Shown one piece after another: positions 51,608-63,700 of a stretch of DNA of 64,000 nt. The stretch spans positions 20,022,740 to 20,086,739 of the forward strand of contig NW_024037073.1 of assembly GCF_015706575.1 (NCBI RefSeq), given 5' to 3'. Every line of letters starts with the position of its first letter. The stretch's first letter is position 1. This DNA comes from Patiria miniata. Its lineage: Eukaryota. The notes beneath the pieces were generated by a model that saw only the letters and a list, made by a program, of their open reading frames with translations, was not told the origin of the DNA and made no database searches. The position numbers were made by a program, and so were the translations under genes.

Positions 51608-52291
51608 TCAAGTTTGGCCTGGGTTGGGGTCTGGGACTGAGACGTCAGGCTCTGAAGTGCTTGGTGCTGTTGTTGTTGTTGTTGCTGTTGCTGCTGCTGT
51701 TGTTGGGCCTCTGCGCTTTTTGAAGTTGCTGCAGTTGCTGCTGCGCGGCAGCTGTCGCTTGCAGCCGCGCCTGACCGTTCCCGTCTGCTTTATCTGAGCC
51801 TGCTGTGTCTGGGCCTGCTGCACCTGGCAGTGTGCTGCCGATTTCAGCGCAGCCTGCCGTTCCGCCGGTGACAGTGACAGCGCTTTGGTCGTTTGGGCAC
51901 TCAGGGTGACCTGCACCGGCGATCCTGACTGTATGGTCCCCTGGGGTTGTATGGACGCCGTCACCTGACTCGAGCTGGCAACCTGAACTGATGCCGCTCC
52001 ACTAGTGCTCGCCTGGCCCTGTCCCCTGGACGGCTGAGTGGCTGGAACGCTCTGCACAGTCACCGTCTGTTGAGGCTGTAAGCCGCTGCCCTGTGATCCC
52101 TTCGTCATGGGTAGGGTTTGGGACAGGCCACCCACAGTTTTTGCCACGGTCAGCAGCGAGTTGCCTGAGACCGTCGGGATGATAGTGACCGGTTTGCCGG
52201 CCTGTTGGATGGACAGCGTGGCCCCAGCTCCTGTCCCTGATTGCTTGACTTGCTGCTGCAGCTGCTGTCGAACTGTGGCCAACTGCTGGAC
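51608..52291 (-). CDS. Gln/Ser/Thr-rich low-complexity protein, most 3' identified exon (VQQLATVRQQLQQQVKQSGTGAGATLSIQQAGKPVTIIPTVSGNSLLTVAKTVGG..); the 3' end and stop are uncertain
   Basis: Six-frame ORF 51608..52378(-); ttctacag acceptor at 52292-3 in phase 0. Downstream (CAA/CAG)n and (CCACAG)n tracts are open in other frames, so the true end is unresolved. Confidence 0.4.
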   Translation of the reverse strand, partial: VQQLATVRQQLQQQVKQSGTGAGATLSIQQAGKPVTIIPTVSGNSLLTVAKTVGGLSQTLPMTKGSQGSGLQPQQTVTVQSVPATQPSRGQGQASTSGAASVQVASSSQVTASIQPQGTIQSGSPVQVTLSAQTTKALSLSPAERQAALKSAAHCQVQQAQTQQAQIKQTGTVRRGCKRQLPRSSNCSNFKKRRGPTTAAATATTTTTAPSTSEPDVSVPDPNPGQT

Positions 52292-53481
52292 CTGTAGAAG
52301 GTAATATAAAACATCCCATTGATATAGAAATGTTGTTCGAGCCCAACACCTCAGAAATGACATTCCGCTCTTTTTCATCTCTTTTTCAGCATCAATTTAA
52401 TAACAACTGTGGATTACTTTTGTCAGCAGTTACAGACACTGTTAACGGGGCATCACAGCCTGAAATCCCCCAAAATTTCTTATTTTGGATTGTTTACTTA
52501 TACTATTTCAATGGTCTGGTTGAAAAGAAACCAACCGAATGTATTACCATTCCCAAGAAAAGAAAAAAATCCTGGTTGTTTACATCGGACGTGACAGACA
52601 TTGTGTGGCATACCCATTTGTATTTCAAGTTGTGTCTATTCAATGAGCATACACGTTGTGTGTGTGTGCGGCACATAATACACACAGCACCAATACACAA
52701 ATGATGTTTCTAACACATCCGCAGGGTGCGAATCACTGTGCAGCTGGATTCACAACTAGCATATATCGCTTTTTTTCAGGGACAAAATTGTAATCCCCGA
52801 AATTCATTCTCGCATGGTTCTCGCAAGAAAAACAAAAAAAACGCCCTGTTTTCAAAAGATGGTTGTGTGGACGTTTATATTCTTATTTTAAATGCCATTT
52901 CTATTTAATGTCATTTCGTTTAAAACACTTTTTGTAGCCCAATTGGGCGTATTACAGGCCATAATGTACCTTTGAGTCAACTTGAAAAAAAATTATGTAA
53001 AGCTGCAAGGAAAACCCACAGATTTAGACATCTGTTTTTAATATTTTAAGTGAAATTTGGCCTCACAGGGCCCTTTCAAGAGGGTAGCAATTGCAGAAAA
53101 ATATCTTGCAGGGAGACACAAATCCCAACATCACAGCAACAAATCCTGTATATATATATCCTACAAATAAAAACAACAGCAAAATCAAGACGCTTGTTGT
53201 TCCATCTACAATCCTGGCCAAATCTCGCTGGGCCCCCCAGCCCCCGTTCAATGTTGTCTCTCATTGCGCGGTGTGTGCTCCATCAGCTGGAGAGAACAAC
53301 ATTGACCGGGGGAGCGGGGGAGCAGGGGAGTGGGTGACCGTGGCAGGCTCAGGTAGTGTCCCAACCATTTTGGCAGGGATTGTAGCACATGCTTTTTGGG
53401 GTATGGCCCATTTTTAATGTGAAAGTGCAGTTCCTAAATGACATTCAACATCATGTTAACATTAACACTTCTAATCCTCAC

Positions 53482-53628
53482 CTGGCCTACTCGCTGCACT
53501 ACCGCAGGGCTGCCCTGAGCCTGGGAGGTCGTGACCCTTTGAACTCTGACCTGCTGTATTTGCTGCGGGGTCAACGTGCTGACCTGCTGTGAGAGACGTT
53601 GCCGCTGGCTGCTTGTTGTCTGCACAAC
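53482..53628 (-). CDS. Q/S/T-rich protein exon (VVQTTSSQRQRLSQQVSTLTPQQIQQVRVQRVTTSQAQGSPAVVQRVGQ)
   Basis: gacacag acceptor and gtgagg donor; phase 0 in and out, consistent with the neighbouring exons. Confidence 0.5.
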
Positions 53629-54647
53629 CTGTGTCATAAATAGACATTTTGGTACATCTTTGAAGAATCGCTGATTTAATATTTAAAGGTAATATACAAC
53701 ATTGCTGTTGCTGTAATTTTCAGAAATGGGACGGATTTTGAGGTTAGTATTTTATAGCAGATATTGTTACCGTGAACTGTTGAACTGTTTGTGTTCATAT
53801 ACGCTGGAAAAAACAGGGAAACAGTGCTCTTCTTGTGGTCTGGTTCCCTGGCCACTCCAGACGAAATGGAGCAATTTATAGTCGTCGGGGCATTGTCAGG
53901 TCTGGGAACCTGACTAGCTGGCTTGCACCCCTTCATGGATGTGTAACTGATTGCAACAAAATGTGAACTAACTAAATTTGGTTAATTGGGGGCAGTAATT
54001 GAAAAAACAGAATACTACATGTGTTGCTCACACTTGTATTGGAAGAAATGCATATTACAGGTTACTACTCGGTAGTATTTTGTAGCTTTAGGTGAGGTTA
54101 GGGTTAAATGACCGTAAACTTTTGTAAAATTTACAATTAACACTCGTACTATCTACTTAGCAGCTCTAAGAGAAATGAGGCCCTGTTCAGGGTTCCCAGC
54201 ACTTTATAAAAACCTGATATCAGGTTTTTCACTGATATTTCCCTGAGATATTTTCAAAATTCCATGAGAAATATTTTCGCTTTAACACGGTTGCTGGAAA
54301 ATCAAGAGGCTGTTGCAGCAAAGCAACTAAGATACTGATAGCACACTGGTAACTTGTTGACAAGCGATGGCCTCCCTTCTCCCCTTATAGCTATATTCCG
54401 AGTTGGTCAATGGACACAGCTTGAACACACCGCCCAAGACGCACACACACCCAACTGGCGAAAACCTTTTCCTTCTGCGTCACTATCAAAATTCCCTGAG
54501 TTTTCCCCAGATTTTTGGTGGTTTTCCAAATTTGCTGAGTTTTTCCTGACTGGAAAACTGGAAACTCATTTTCAAGGCTTCTCCTGATTTCCAGAGTGGT
54601 CGGGAACCCTGCTGCACCTGTCAGTGGACAAGATCCACAGTCCATAC

Positions 54648-54818
54648 CTGACTAGCCAGCGAGCCAGTGACAGCGACTGATACCGACGGGGAGCTGATCC
54701 TGATCTGGGCTTGGCTGATGGTCTCTGAGGCTCCTTGCAGCTGGGTCTGGCTGACTGCTGTGTTGCCTGTCTGCATCTTCTGCTGTTGAGCCAACAGTTG
54801 CTGGGCTTTGACTGTCAG
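54648..54818 (-). CDS. Q/S/T-rich protein exon (LTVKAQQLLAQQQKMQTGNTAVSQTQLQGASETISQAQIRISSPSVSVAVTGSLASQ)
   Basis: Six-frame ORF 54621..54833(-); tcccag acceptor and gtatgg donor; phase 0. Confidence 0.5.
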
Positions 54819-55029
54819 CTGGGATAAGGGCAAAACAAATAAACACTTGTTGTTAGAACTGCCATGTTGCTTTAGTCTTGTTGATATACCCTAACGTGGC
54901 GCGGCCGCTAACGTGGCACACTTTGATTTTTCGCCTCTAGTAGCTTGCTAGAGCAAAGTTTTACCTTGAATTTCACAGTAAGTAAAATTCCGTCAGGCTC
55001 TAAACATTTCCGTTCATAAATCTGGAGTC

Positions 55030-55112
55030 AGCCGACCCGGCAAGCTCGGTAGTTGAGCGGTAAGACTTCTGCACTAGAAAGCAGGTCATGGGTTCGAGTC
55101 CCACCCGAGTGA
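55030..55112 (+). other. tRNA-like sequence (D-arm GCTCGGTAGTTGAGC, T-arm ATGGGTTCGAGTCCCAC) that is either a tRNA pseudogene or a SINE head, followed by the hairpin cccgagtga..tcactcggg
   Basis: Canonical D-stem/loop and B-box are present, but I could not fold a clean acceptor stem. Confidence 0.3.
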
Positions 55113-55235
55113 TTTTTCTCTCAATCACTCGGGACAATACAGTATTTGGGTAAAACCAAATATTGAACATGACTGACTTGACATGGCAATCCCCAGCCCC
55201 TGCCCGTACACATAACGAGGACGAAAGCCACCCAC

Positions 55236-55661
55236 CAGTTGTTGCTGCTTGGTCTGGTGCTGACCCTTCTGCATCTGCTGTATCTGGGTGAAGTTGATCT
55301 TGGGCCTGGCCACCATGCTGGGGAGAGTCAGGGGCTTCATGGGGATGTTGCCTTGCTGCTGCTGAGCTTGTTGCTGCTGCTGCTGTTGTTGAGCTCCCCC
55401 GGCCCCCTGGGCCTGCGCCTGGGCCTGGGTGAGACCCTTGGGTGCTCCCGCCGTTGCTGCAGCATTGCTGACTGTCAGCCCGCTGAGGGTGATACCCTTG
55501 AGTCCGGCCACCGTGGTGAGGGGCAGGGTGGTGATGGCCGTGGTGGTGGTCTTTTGGCTCTTCTGGCCCTGGCTGGCCAGGAGTTGGCTCTGGCGCTTCA
55601 GGATGGCCGTCAGTTCCTCGTTCTTGATGGTCCGGGTTATGGTCTTGCCTCCCAACTGCAT
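55236..55661 (-). CDS. Q/S/T-rich protein exon (MQLGGKTITRTIKNEELTAILKRQSQLLASQGQKSQKTTTTAITTLPLTTVAGLKGITLSGLTVSNAAATAGAPKGLTQAQAQAQGAGGAQQQQQQQQAQQQQGNIPMKPLTLPSMVARPKINFTQIQQMQKGQHQTKQQQL)
   Basis: Six-frame ORF 55125..55661(-); cccttag acceptor and gtgggt donor; 426 nt in phase 0. Confidence 0.55.
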
Positions 55662-55889
55662 CTAAGGGAAGAATTTTTTTTAAAGGAGTCACATACAATT
55701 TTAAGTCAAAACAAGTCAGGTGTGTTTACAAACACAAATGCCCCGCAACGATGACAGTTCCCATGACATAACACCACTCTTTTAACATCAACTTACATGT
55801 ACCTTGGTCACATGGAACATTCATTGACAGCATTAGTGTCTTCTGTAGGTTTTATATGAATAAATCCCTAATCCCTATAATCTCAGAAT

Positions 55890-56775
55890 AAATACATGAT
55901 TTCTATTGTTTTAGCCACTGTGAACTTGACCCTTGACCTTTTGGCCCCAAATTCAATAGGCTTCTTAGGATTACCAAGAACAATCCACAAACCAAATTTG
56001 AAGTTCACATGTAAAGTATTTCTCAAGTTATCGCGCTGACAAGATTTTTATTGTGTTAGCCACTGTGAACTTGACCCTTGACCTTTTGGCCCCAAATTCA
56101 ATAGGCTTCTTAGGATTACCAAGAACAATCCACAAACCAAATTTGAAGTTCACATGTAAAGTATTTCTCAAGTTATCGCGCTGACAAGATTTTTATTGTG
56201 TTAGCCACTGTGAACTTGACCCTTGACCTTTTGGCCCCAAATGCAATAGGCTTCTTAGGATTGCCAAGAACAATCCACAAACCAAATTTGAAGTTCACAT
56301 GTAAAGTATTTCTCAAGTTATCGCGCTGACAAGATTTCTATTGTTTTAGCCACTGTGAACTTGACCTTTGGCCTTTTGGCCCCAAATGCAAAAGGCTTCT
56401 TAGGATTGCCAAAAACAATCCACAAACCAAATTTGAAGTTCACATGTAAAGTATTTCTCAAGTTATCGCGCTGACAAGATTTCTATTGTTTTAGCCACTG
56501 TGAACTTGACCTTTGGCCTTTTGGCCCCAAATGCAAAAGGCTTCTTAGGATTACCAAGAACAATCCACAAACCAAATTTGAAGTTCATATGTTAAGTATT
56601 TCTCAAGTTATCGCGCTGACAAGATTTCTATTGTTTTAGCCACTGTGAACTTGACCTTTGGCCTTTTGGCCCCAAATGCAAAAGGCTTCTTAGGATTACC
56701 AAGAACAATCCACAAACCAAATTTGAAGTTCATATGTTAAGTATTTCTCAAGTTATCGCGCTGACACGATTTATC
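55890..56775. repeat. Satellite of about 6 copies of a 145-bp unit (..ttagccactgtgaacttgacc.ttg.ccttttggccccaaat.caa.aggcttcttaggatt.ccaa.aacaatccacaaaccaaatttgaagttca.atgt.aagtatttctcaagttatcgcgctgacaagattt.tattgt..)
   Basis: Direct reading; lies in an intron of the Q-rich gene and is followed by (CACACCC)n. Confidence 0.9.
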
Positions 56776-57672
56776 CGGACACACACACCCACACACCCAC
56801 ACACCCATACTTGTTTCACATGACTAGTGTGGACTTTCCATTGCTTTCGTGTAGTTAAGAAAAACCAGTGAAAAAACTCATTTTTCTCAAACTGTGAAAA
56901 CTCTTTCAACCCAATTTTTTTTCTATGATTCCCTTTAGTGTTTCTCTTCATTCTGCTACAGATAAACCTAACCCAAAAATGCCTCTAAACCTGTTTTCCA
57001 GAAATGGGGAAACACTGTGTGGACGTGGGGCAAGTCCACACAACGTCGGTGCTACCTACATTATGTGGACGTCTTTTGTTCGGAAGTCCACACTGCGTAT
57101 GTAAGACAAACTCACCCACCCACACACACACCCACCCACCCACCCACCCACGGAAGGACAAGGCGGAAACAGTATGCCCCTTCGGCTTCGCCGCGGGGCA
57201 TAATAAAATTGAGAGTCTGACATTTTGACAATTTGATTGGGAATCTGAATTTATACAAGGCCAAAAAAACCAAAAGTTCTGCTTCCGGTTCCTGACCTAC
57301 CCTATTTTTATGGCCCTAACCTTTACATATTTATCGGCAAGTTACAAATAAATACTAAAAAAAAAATTCAAAATAATAAAGCAAAAAAATCCTGTTGTGT
57401 TTTCTGCTTTCACGAAATGCCTATCAACAACCTTTTTATGTCAAAAATGCTTGTATTTCTTTGTTTTTGCCTACTTACATTCGCTATTTTCGAAAAGAAA
57501 CCATAGTTGTTTTAACAAGTTCCCTTCGCAATTTCAAGTTCCCTTTGCGATTCGCTATCGCGGTCATGAAAACATGTGCGCATTGATGTGTCAAAAAATC
57601 TGTCACAAAAGACACAAGATGTCTCTATTTGTATGTCTGAATCAGGAACGAGCTACTACTACTACTACAACT

Positions 57673-57864
57673 GACCTGTGCCCTGGCCTGGCCAGCCTGG
57701 GTCAGCTGAGGCTGGGCCAGGGAGGACGTCGTCGCAGCCACCTGGCTGACCGTCACGTTGCTGGTGGGCGGTTTCTGGCCGGACTGGAGCTGTTTCTGCA
57801 CAGCTTGGGCCTGGGCCTCCGCCTGGGCCTGGGCCACCTTGGCTTGGGCTTGGGCTTGCTGCAG
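57673..57864 (-). CDS. Q/S/T-rich protein exon (RLQQAQAQAKVAQAQAEAQAQAVQKQLQSGQKPPTSNVTVSQVAATTSSLAQPQLTQAGQARAQ)
   Basis: Six-frame ORF 57625..57837(-); accaacag acceptor and gtcagt donor; 192 nt in phase 0. Confidence 0.5.
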
Positions 57865-59257
57865 TCGCTGTTGGTATCAAAGAGAACAAGCTCCATATGA
57901 TCTCGGAAGCCGTGGACTCCCAACGAATCTGTGTTGCACTTTGTGTGGAATGTGTACGCGGAGCAGGCATGAGGGTATTGTCTCCCGGATTATTGCCTTT
58001 CATTGAATGTTTGTTACTAATTAACGGAGAGACACAACTTGTCGAGCTGCTGTCGGCAGCTAAAAACCAGACGACTCTTAGGCTGCATCTGAATCTCTTG
58101 TCTATAGTTCTATATTTTTTGCCTCTATTATTTGCCGCCCATACATGAACCATATACTATCAAAAAGAGTGTTTTCGGATCATTCTAATGGTGCAGTTTA
58201 TTCATAGTGTTACCATTGCAGAAACATTAAGAAAAGTGCTTCAGAAGTATCCAGCCACATTTTAAGGTATGCAGTGCCGTTTGGTCATGTGGTGAAATGG
58301 TTTGCAGTTTAGGTTAACAATTTGAAGTGTGTTGGACAGAAACAGAACCCTCAGCTGTCAGGAAAATCATGAAACATTTTAAATGTTATCTTTTGAAATT
58401 TGTTTGTTACCAAAAAGGGATGTCTCATAGTTTTTATATGTTTCAGACGAATATATATTTTCTACAAATATGCCCCAGTGTAAATTTCATTTCATAAACC
58501 CTTTAAGGCTACTTTAGCGATTTGCAGAAGATATGGCAAATGAGGTATGGACTCCATGAAGAATGATAAGAGATTTAAACTAGAAAGCACTCGGAGAGCG
58601 CAATCTCCGCCAAGGCTAAACAACCCAACCATATTGTTAGTACATCCAACATGAGGATCTTTTAAAATGCTCAATCATGTTCTGAAATCAAAGGGCAGAA
58701 ACACTCAGTATTAATATGTATTGTTCACTTGTTGAAATTGAATACAGAATAATCAAGTGCATATGGCAGAATTGTGCCATTTCCATAGGGTCACTGTTTA
58801 AAATTAGGGTCATAAAACAGGGGCTTGCTAGCCGAGAAGTCTCTAGAGGGACAAGAAGGCTGGCATAATGATTTTAACGTACACCGCCTGTCACTTGCAC
58901 TGTGTGCACAGTATATGGCCCAGCAATGGTCGGGTCCATTAGTTTTTTTGGGGGGGGGGAGGGGTGCCCAAGTTTCATGGCCTATGGCATATTTGCACAT
59001 ACAAAATGGTGAAGAATCCTTAAAAAAAAACCTGCATCAGGATCACGTCCAAAATCTAATGGGTCCGTACTTGTACCAAGGACCACCCCTACACAAATTT
59101 TCATGAAAATCTGCCCACAACTTTAAGAGTTCTTTTATCCTGTTCACAGACAAACCAACCAACTAACCAACACCGGTGAAAACATAACCTCCTTGGCGGA
59201 GGTAACAAAATGTGGGGGACTTTTTTACCTTCAATTATATTATTTGTTTCTACTGAC

Positions 59258-59340
59258 CTTGATTTGTGCCTGCTGCTGTGCCTGAGCCTGCTGCATCAGT
59301 TGCTGTTTGATGGCTTGCTGTTTTATCAGGCTGTACTGAG
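59258..59340 (-). CDS. Q/S/T-rich protein exon ((A)QYSLIKQQAIKQQLMQQAQAQQQAQIK)
   Basis: gtag acceptor and gtcagt donor; phase 1 to 0, joining the upstream exon that ends in phase 1. Confidence 0.4.
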
Positions 59341-59548
59341 CTACCTTAGCTGTGTACAGTCAACAAAAAAGTACACAATTTGACATTATTTATAAAGCTT
59401 TTCTTTTTCAAAATTTTTTGAAATATTATTTATCACAAATCTCTGTAAGGCCCATCACAGACCAGAGGTTGATTTCATACAAAGATGCGTTACAAGACGA
59501 GACAACTTTCTTGAAATCAGCCCCAGTAAAGAATCGCCAAGTGCCTAC

Positions 59549-59747
59549 CTGTCATTGTAGCGGTGGCGGTGGGCGTTGATCTAGCCTGACTGACAGACCC
59601 TGCTGACGTGATGACCACCTGCGTGCCTGATGTGACTGGTGCACGGACCTGACTGGTGATGATGCCTCCTGAGCTAGGGAGGGAGACGTGGGCGATGGTG
59701 GTGCGGACGGCCTGGGCACGGACTACCTGCCCCGGGGGACTTGCAAC
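59549..59747 (-). CDS. Q/S/T-rich protein exon (VASPPGQVVRAQAVRTTIAHVSLPSSGGIITSQVRAPVTSGTQVVITSAGSVSQARSTPTATATMT)
   Basis: gaacaag acceptor and gtaggc donor; low-complexity coding with biased GC3 like the other exons; further 5' exons not identified. Confidence 0.4.
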
Positions 59748-59924
59748 CTTGTTCAGAAGAAAAAAGAAATGTCATAAAACTTCAACTCCCATAAAAAAAA
59801 TTTTATAAAAATAATAATTATAATGTGGTGCTTATAATAGTGCTTTACACCGAAGGTCTCAAAGCACTTCCCAATTATTACCCCTGTTCATCAGGCCATG
59901 AGACATTTATCTGCAGCAGCTCAA

Positions 59925-60105
59925 GATCAGCGCAATTTAGTCTCTACCTTCACAGGTACCCATTTATACTCCTGGGTGGAGAGAGGCAATTGTAGTAAAG
60001 TGTCTTGCCCAAAAACACAAGCACCATGTTCCCCATCAGGGTTCGAACCCATGTACCACTGCATGAGTCGAACACCAAAACCATTGGACCACGGTGCTCC
60101 ACTGT
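59925..60105 (-). mobile_element. Deu-type tRNA-derived SINE copy
   Basis: Contains ..ggtacccatttatactcctgggtggagagaggcaa.. and a GGTTCGAACCC box. Confidence 0.6.
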
Positions 60106-60290
60106 AACCTTGCTCGAAACCTTGCTAGTAACCTTAACCTTGCTCGTAACCTTGCTCATAACCTTGCCAGTAACCTTGCTAGCAACCTTGCTAGTAACCT
60201 TGCTAGTAACCTTGCTAGTACCCTTGCTGGTAACCTTACTAGTAACCTTGCTAAAAACCTTGCTGGTAACCTTCCCAACTCATCTCAAAT
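60105..60290. repeat. 12-bp microsatellite (aaccttgct[a/c]gt) of about 15 copies
   Basis: Direct reading; the six-frame ORFs made of LVTL or NLAS repeats are artefacts. Confidence 0.9.
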
Positions 60291-60659
60291 TCTCTGACAT
60301 GCAGATAACTAATGCCACTTTCCTTTGGTTGTATAACCTTCACAGTGACTTGCCTGGACTTTCCTCAATACTGCACAAAATCCTCAAAAACCACCTGGTA
60401 AATACCTACGGTTTGTGCACTTTCAGATGAAATGTTTTAGGACTTATGGGTTACAGACACTGTTAAAGAGGCATCACAGCCTGAAATCCCCGAAAATTTC
60501 TTATGTGGGATTGATTACTTATACAGGGGTGTGAGTGACCACTGATAAAAATAGCTGAAAAAGGTGTAAAAAAGCTGAACTTTGGAAATCTCCTACACTT
60601 TTGTACACGGCAAGTGAGGGAAAAAGCTGAAAAAAAAGCTGAAATCCAAAACAAAAAAA

Positions 60660-60990
60660 GCCTAACCACTAGGCCACACTCCCCACAGTGCTCCTGGGTG
60701 GAGTGAGGCAAGTGGGGGCGATGTGACTTGCCCAAGGACGCAACATATGTCCAGCAGCTGGATTTGAACCCCTGACCCTCTTATCATGAGTCACGAACCC
60801 TAAACACTAGGCCACACTCCCCCATTGCTTGAACACATCAAATGCTTGAACATATCAAAAACTTTTCCACATCTGAATCAGCATGCAGGTTATAACTATA
60901 GTGAAACCACAGAGCAGGTTTCGTGACCTGTCCTTTTTATTCCCGCTATCCTTCTTAACCACACATCAACTTTGTCACACATGCTTATAC
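60660..60990 (-). other. Segment homologous to MVP intron 6 (31780-32100), including a truncated Deu-SINE copy, retained in the partial MVP duplicate
   Basis: About 90% identity by eye between 60660-60990 and 31780-32100; homology stops about 12 nt short of the exon-6 donor. Confidence 0.75.
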
Positions 60991-60994
60991 CGAA

Positions 60995-61200
60995 AATATC
61001 CAGGATGTCACTGGCTGTGCCTCAACATATTGCCAGTGATTGCTGGAGGATTTTGCAGGATTGAGGCAGTGGTCACCCCTCAAAGGACCACACTCAAGAA
61101 ATACCAAATGGCGTTGGAGGATTAAAGCTGCATGCAAGTTTTACATGGAGGCAATTGGAGGATTGTGCAGGATTGAGGTTGCATCTTAGCAAAAAATGCC
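60995..61200. repeat. Copy of the dispersed ggattttgcaggattgagg repeat, homologous to 34150-34345 in MVP intron 3 of copy 1
   Basis: Direct comparison. Confidence 0.75.
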
Positions 61201-61266
61201 TGGGGAATTAGGGTTAAGTAATGGGTGACTTTCATACAAAAGGGCAGAATTCCGTAGAAGATGTAC

Positions 61267-61620
61267 CTTGTCTGTCAGCACGTAGGCATCCACCACGCCC
61301 ACCACCTCCTCGTAGGCCCCCGGCAGGTAAGCGCCAACCTTCTTGACTAGCCACTCTTCCCCGGTCACTCTGGCATCCCCCTGTCGGTCCAGTGTCTCCT
61401 TCCTTGCCCGCAGCTTGATGGCCTGGTTGGCCTTGATGATGGTCGCTTGGACCGTCTCGTCCACGACGACTTCCTTGCGGGGGATGTAGGTGCCAGGACC
61501 TTCAAAGAGCCACTCGTCGCCGGCCACGCGCTTGGTCTTGGCCACCGCGTCGTCGAAGTCTAGGATAGCGCGGAGTCGGAGGGCCGAGTTGGCTGGGACT
61601 ACCTTGAGTGCAGTCACAGG
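61267..61620 (-). pseudogene. MVP: Partial MVP duplicate, exon 3' ([45 protein letters not shown]); intact ORF with Q and D substitutions relative to copy 1
   Basis: Six-frame ORF 61186..61629(-); identical splice sites to copy-1 exon 3. Confidence 0.7.
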
Positions 61621-62327
61621 CTGAAACACAATAGGCGAAAAATGTATGATACAAGAACTGAATAAATCAGTTTGGTAGTCTTATCCACTTCAGGATAAAT
61701 ACATATGGTAATCACATACAAGTCAACAGCTCATTCGATTACTTTCCCCGCACTTACTTGTGCAAGTGCCAATGCGTTCAATTTAATCCTCAAATGACTT
61801 CTCACGCTTACTCGAGCCTTGCCCAGGTAAGCGACCCGCTGAGCCCATTACTCGGGTAAATATCCCACGTGTAAGTCTAACGCTGCGGCGGGGAGAATTC
61901 AAAAGTGTTTCAGCTTCACTTGACTTCACACTAGTACAAGACGACGGGATGAAAGTCAAGTTTTAAAATTTAAACATAGAGCAAGGATATACATGGGATT
62001 TCTTGTTCACTTTGGAAGAGCAGTTCAGTGGTGGCCACCGTGGCTCGCTTTCGACGGCTCGAATCCACTTTGCAAAAAGGATTTAATCGCCACATGACCT
62101 CTGGACTCGGTTCGGTTGCTCTGCTCGACCTGGAGTAACCCGCGATCATTCATTTATTGCTACAGATTGCACATGTGCATCTATACCCAACACGAAATTA
62201 AGGGTAAGCTTGAGGGAAGTAATCAAATGCGCTGTCTGTGTCTGTACAGCCCTACTGCTTCAAGACCAAAATATAAAAGTAACCAATAAACGTCGAGAGA
62301 AACAAACAACAAAACACCGCAAATTAC

Positions 62328-62523
62328 CAGTTTCAGGATTTCGCCCGGGTAGAGAGGGAATGGTTCTTGAGTCAGACGGATCTCCTGATCAGCATGGTTC
62401 AGCTTGATCTGTCCGCTCTGATCCTCAATCACCGAGCCGTCCTCGTTGCGCTGGACAGGGTTCTCAATGATGCAGTAGTGACGAGGGGGGACCATGGCCA
62501 TCTTCTCGGGACCGAAGATGACC
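62328..62523 (-). pseudogene. MVP: Partial MVP duplicate, exon 2' (..[65 protein letters not shown])
   Basis: Six-frame ORF 62223..62501(-); only synonymous differences from copy 1. Confidence 0.7.
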
Positions 62524-63524
62524 CTAAAAAGGAGGGAAAGGAAAGGATGGAGATCTTGAGGCTCAGAAATATATATATTTTTGCATCAAACTTCTAATCC
62601 GCAATATTTACCCTCAATCTTTTGGTAGGGATTGAAGACGTCTGTATGGGTGAGCAAGAGGTCATGGGTACAATTCCTATCTAAGAAATCTTGTGGACTT
62701 TTTTTACTGCTTAAATCTAAGAAAGCACCGAATATTCAAAATGCCTGAACAAGTTAAGTCTGTACTACAATATGTCTTATGGCTAATTAATTATTCATAT
62801 GTATGAATGGCATTTCTGCTCGGTGTACACAACGTATATGCGAAAATTGAGTTTTCATGGCACGTAGCGCCGAAATTTTTTTCGCTATGGGCCAACCCGT
62901 GGTCCGATTTTTATGTTTTTGGTATCAAAAGATGCGCAAAGCTCGAGGCTAAAAAGTCATAACAGCTCGGATCGCGAAAATTTTTTTTTAGAAGCTATCG
63001 CGGAAAATGTTGAGGGGGGGGCGGATTCCGCCCCCCCCCCCCGGCCCCTTTATTCCGCCCCCCCCCCCCCCCCCCCCCCCCCCTTTAGGGTTAAACAGCT
63101 AGCCAGTCAATCCTATTTTATGTAGGCTGGGAATTCTTAACTGTTGAAAATAGCCACTTGATTGATTTTGACTGCAAGGGCAACTTGGACCAGAATGTAT
63201 GTTTGCATAGGAGGGTTAACCCTCTCTCCCTCTCTGACTGGCACATTCAACAAAACCATCCCAGCAGTCAAATTCAATCAAGTGACTGTTTTGAACAATT
63301 GCATGCTCCCTCATAAAGCAGGGATTGACTAGGCCTTAAAGCTGGGATCTGAGTATGGTCGCATTCGCACAGCTATGTTGATCAATTCCAATCAAGTCTC
63401 AACATTGCTCCATGATCTTGGAAAGCTCAAGCCATGAGCGGGTGGTGTCTCGTTTATGTTGGTCTGTGTAACTTGTTGCTCTAAAGGGAAAGTAACTTGT
63501 CCATAATTTGATGATGTGTCTTAC

Positions 63525-63700
63525 CTTTCATGGTCCTGCCTGATGAATGTGCGGGGACCAGTCTCCACAGTGGTGACATTTGTGTTGTGGTTGAGCACGT
63601 GGATGTAGTAGTAGGGTGGGATCCTGTAGATGGACTCCTCCGAACCACTCCCGCCCGCAAAGCCGAAAGGGGCACCGCCACGCTTTCCCTTTTCTGTCAT
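63525..63700 (-). pseudogene. MVP: Partial MVP duplicate, exon 1' ([58 protein letters not shown]) with the ATG at 63700 and a homologous upstream region
   Basis: Identical protein to copy-1 exon 1; the 5' flank 63701-63965 is homologous to 36384-36650. Confidence 0.7.

Noticed and set aside
55000-55698. 232-aa His/Gly/Pro-rich ORF on the minus strand
   Set aside because: It is an alternative frame of the Q-rich exon 55236-55661. The Q-rich frame is the one supported by flanking splice sites and phase continuity with the neighbouring exons
57665-58153. 162-aa minus-strand ORF overlapping the Q-rich exon at 57673-57864
   Set aside because: Wrong frame relative to the spliced model; it extends through intron sequence lacking acceptor or donor support
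60005-60430. 141-aa ORF with LLVTLLVT repeats
   Set aside because: It is a translation of the (aaccttgctagt)n microsatellite plus SINE sequence
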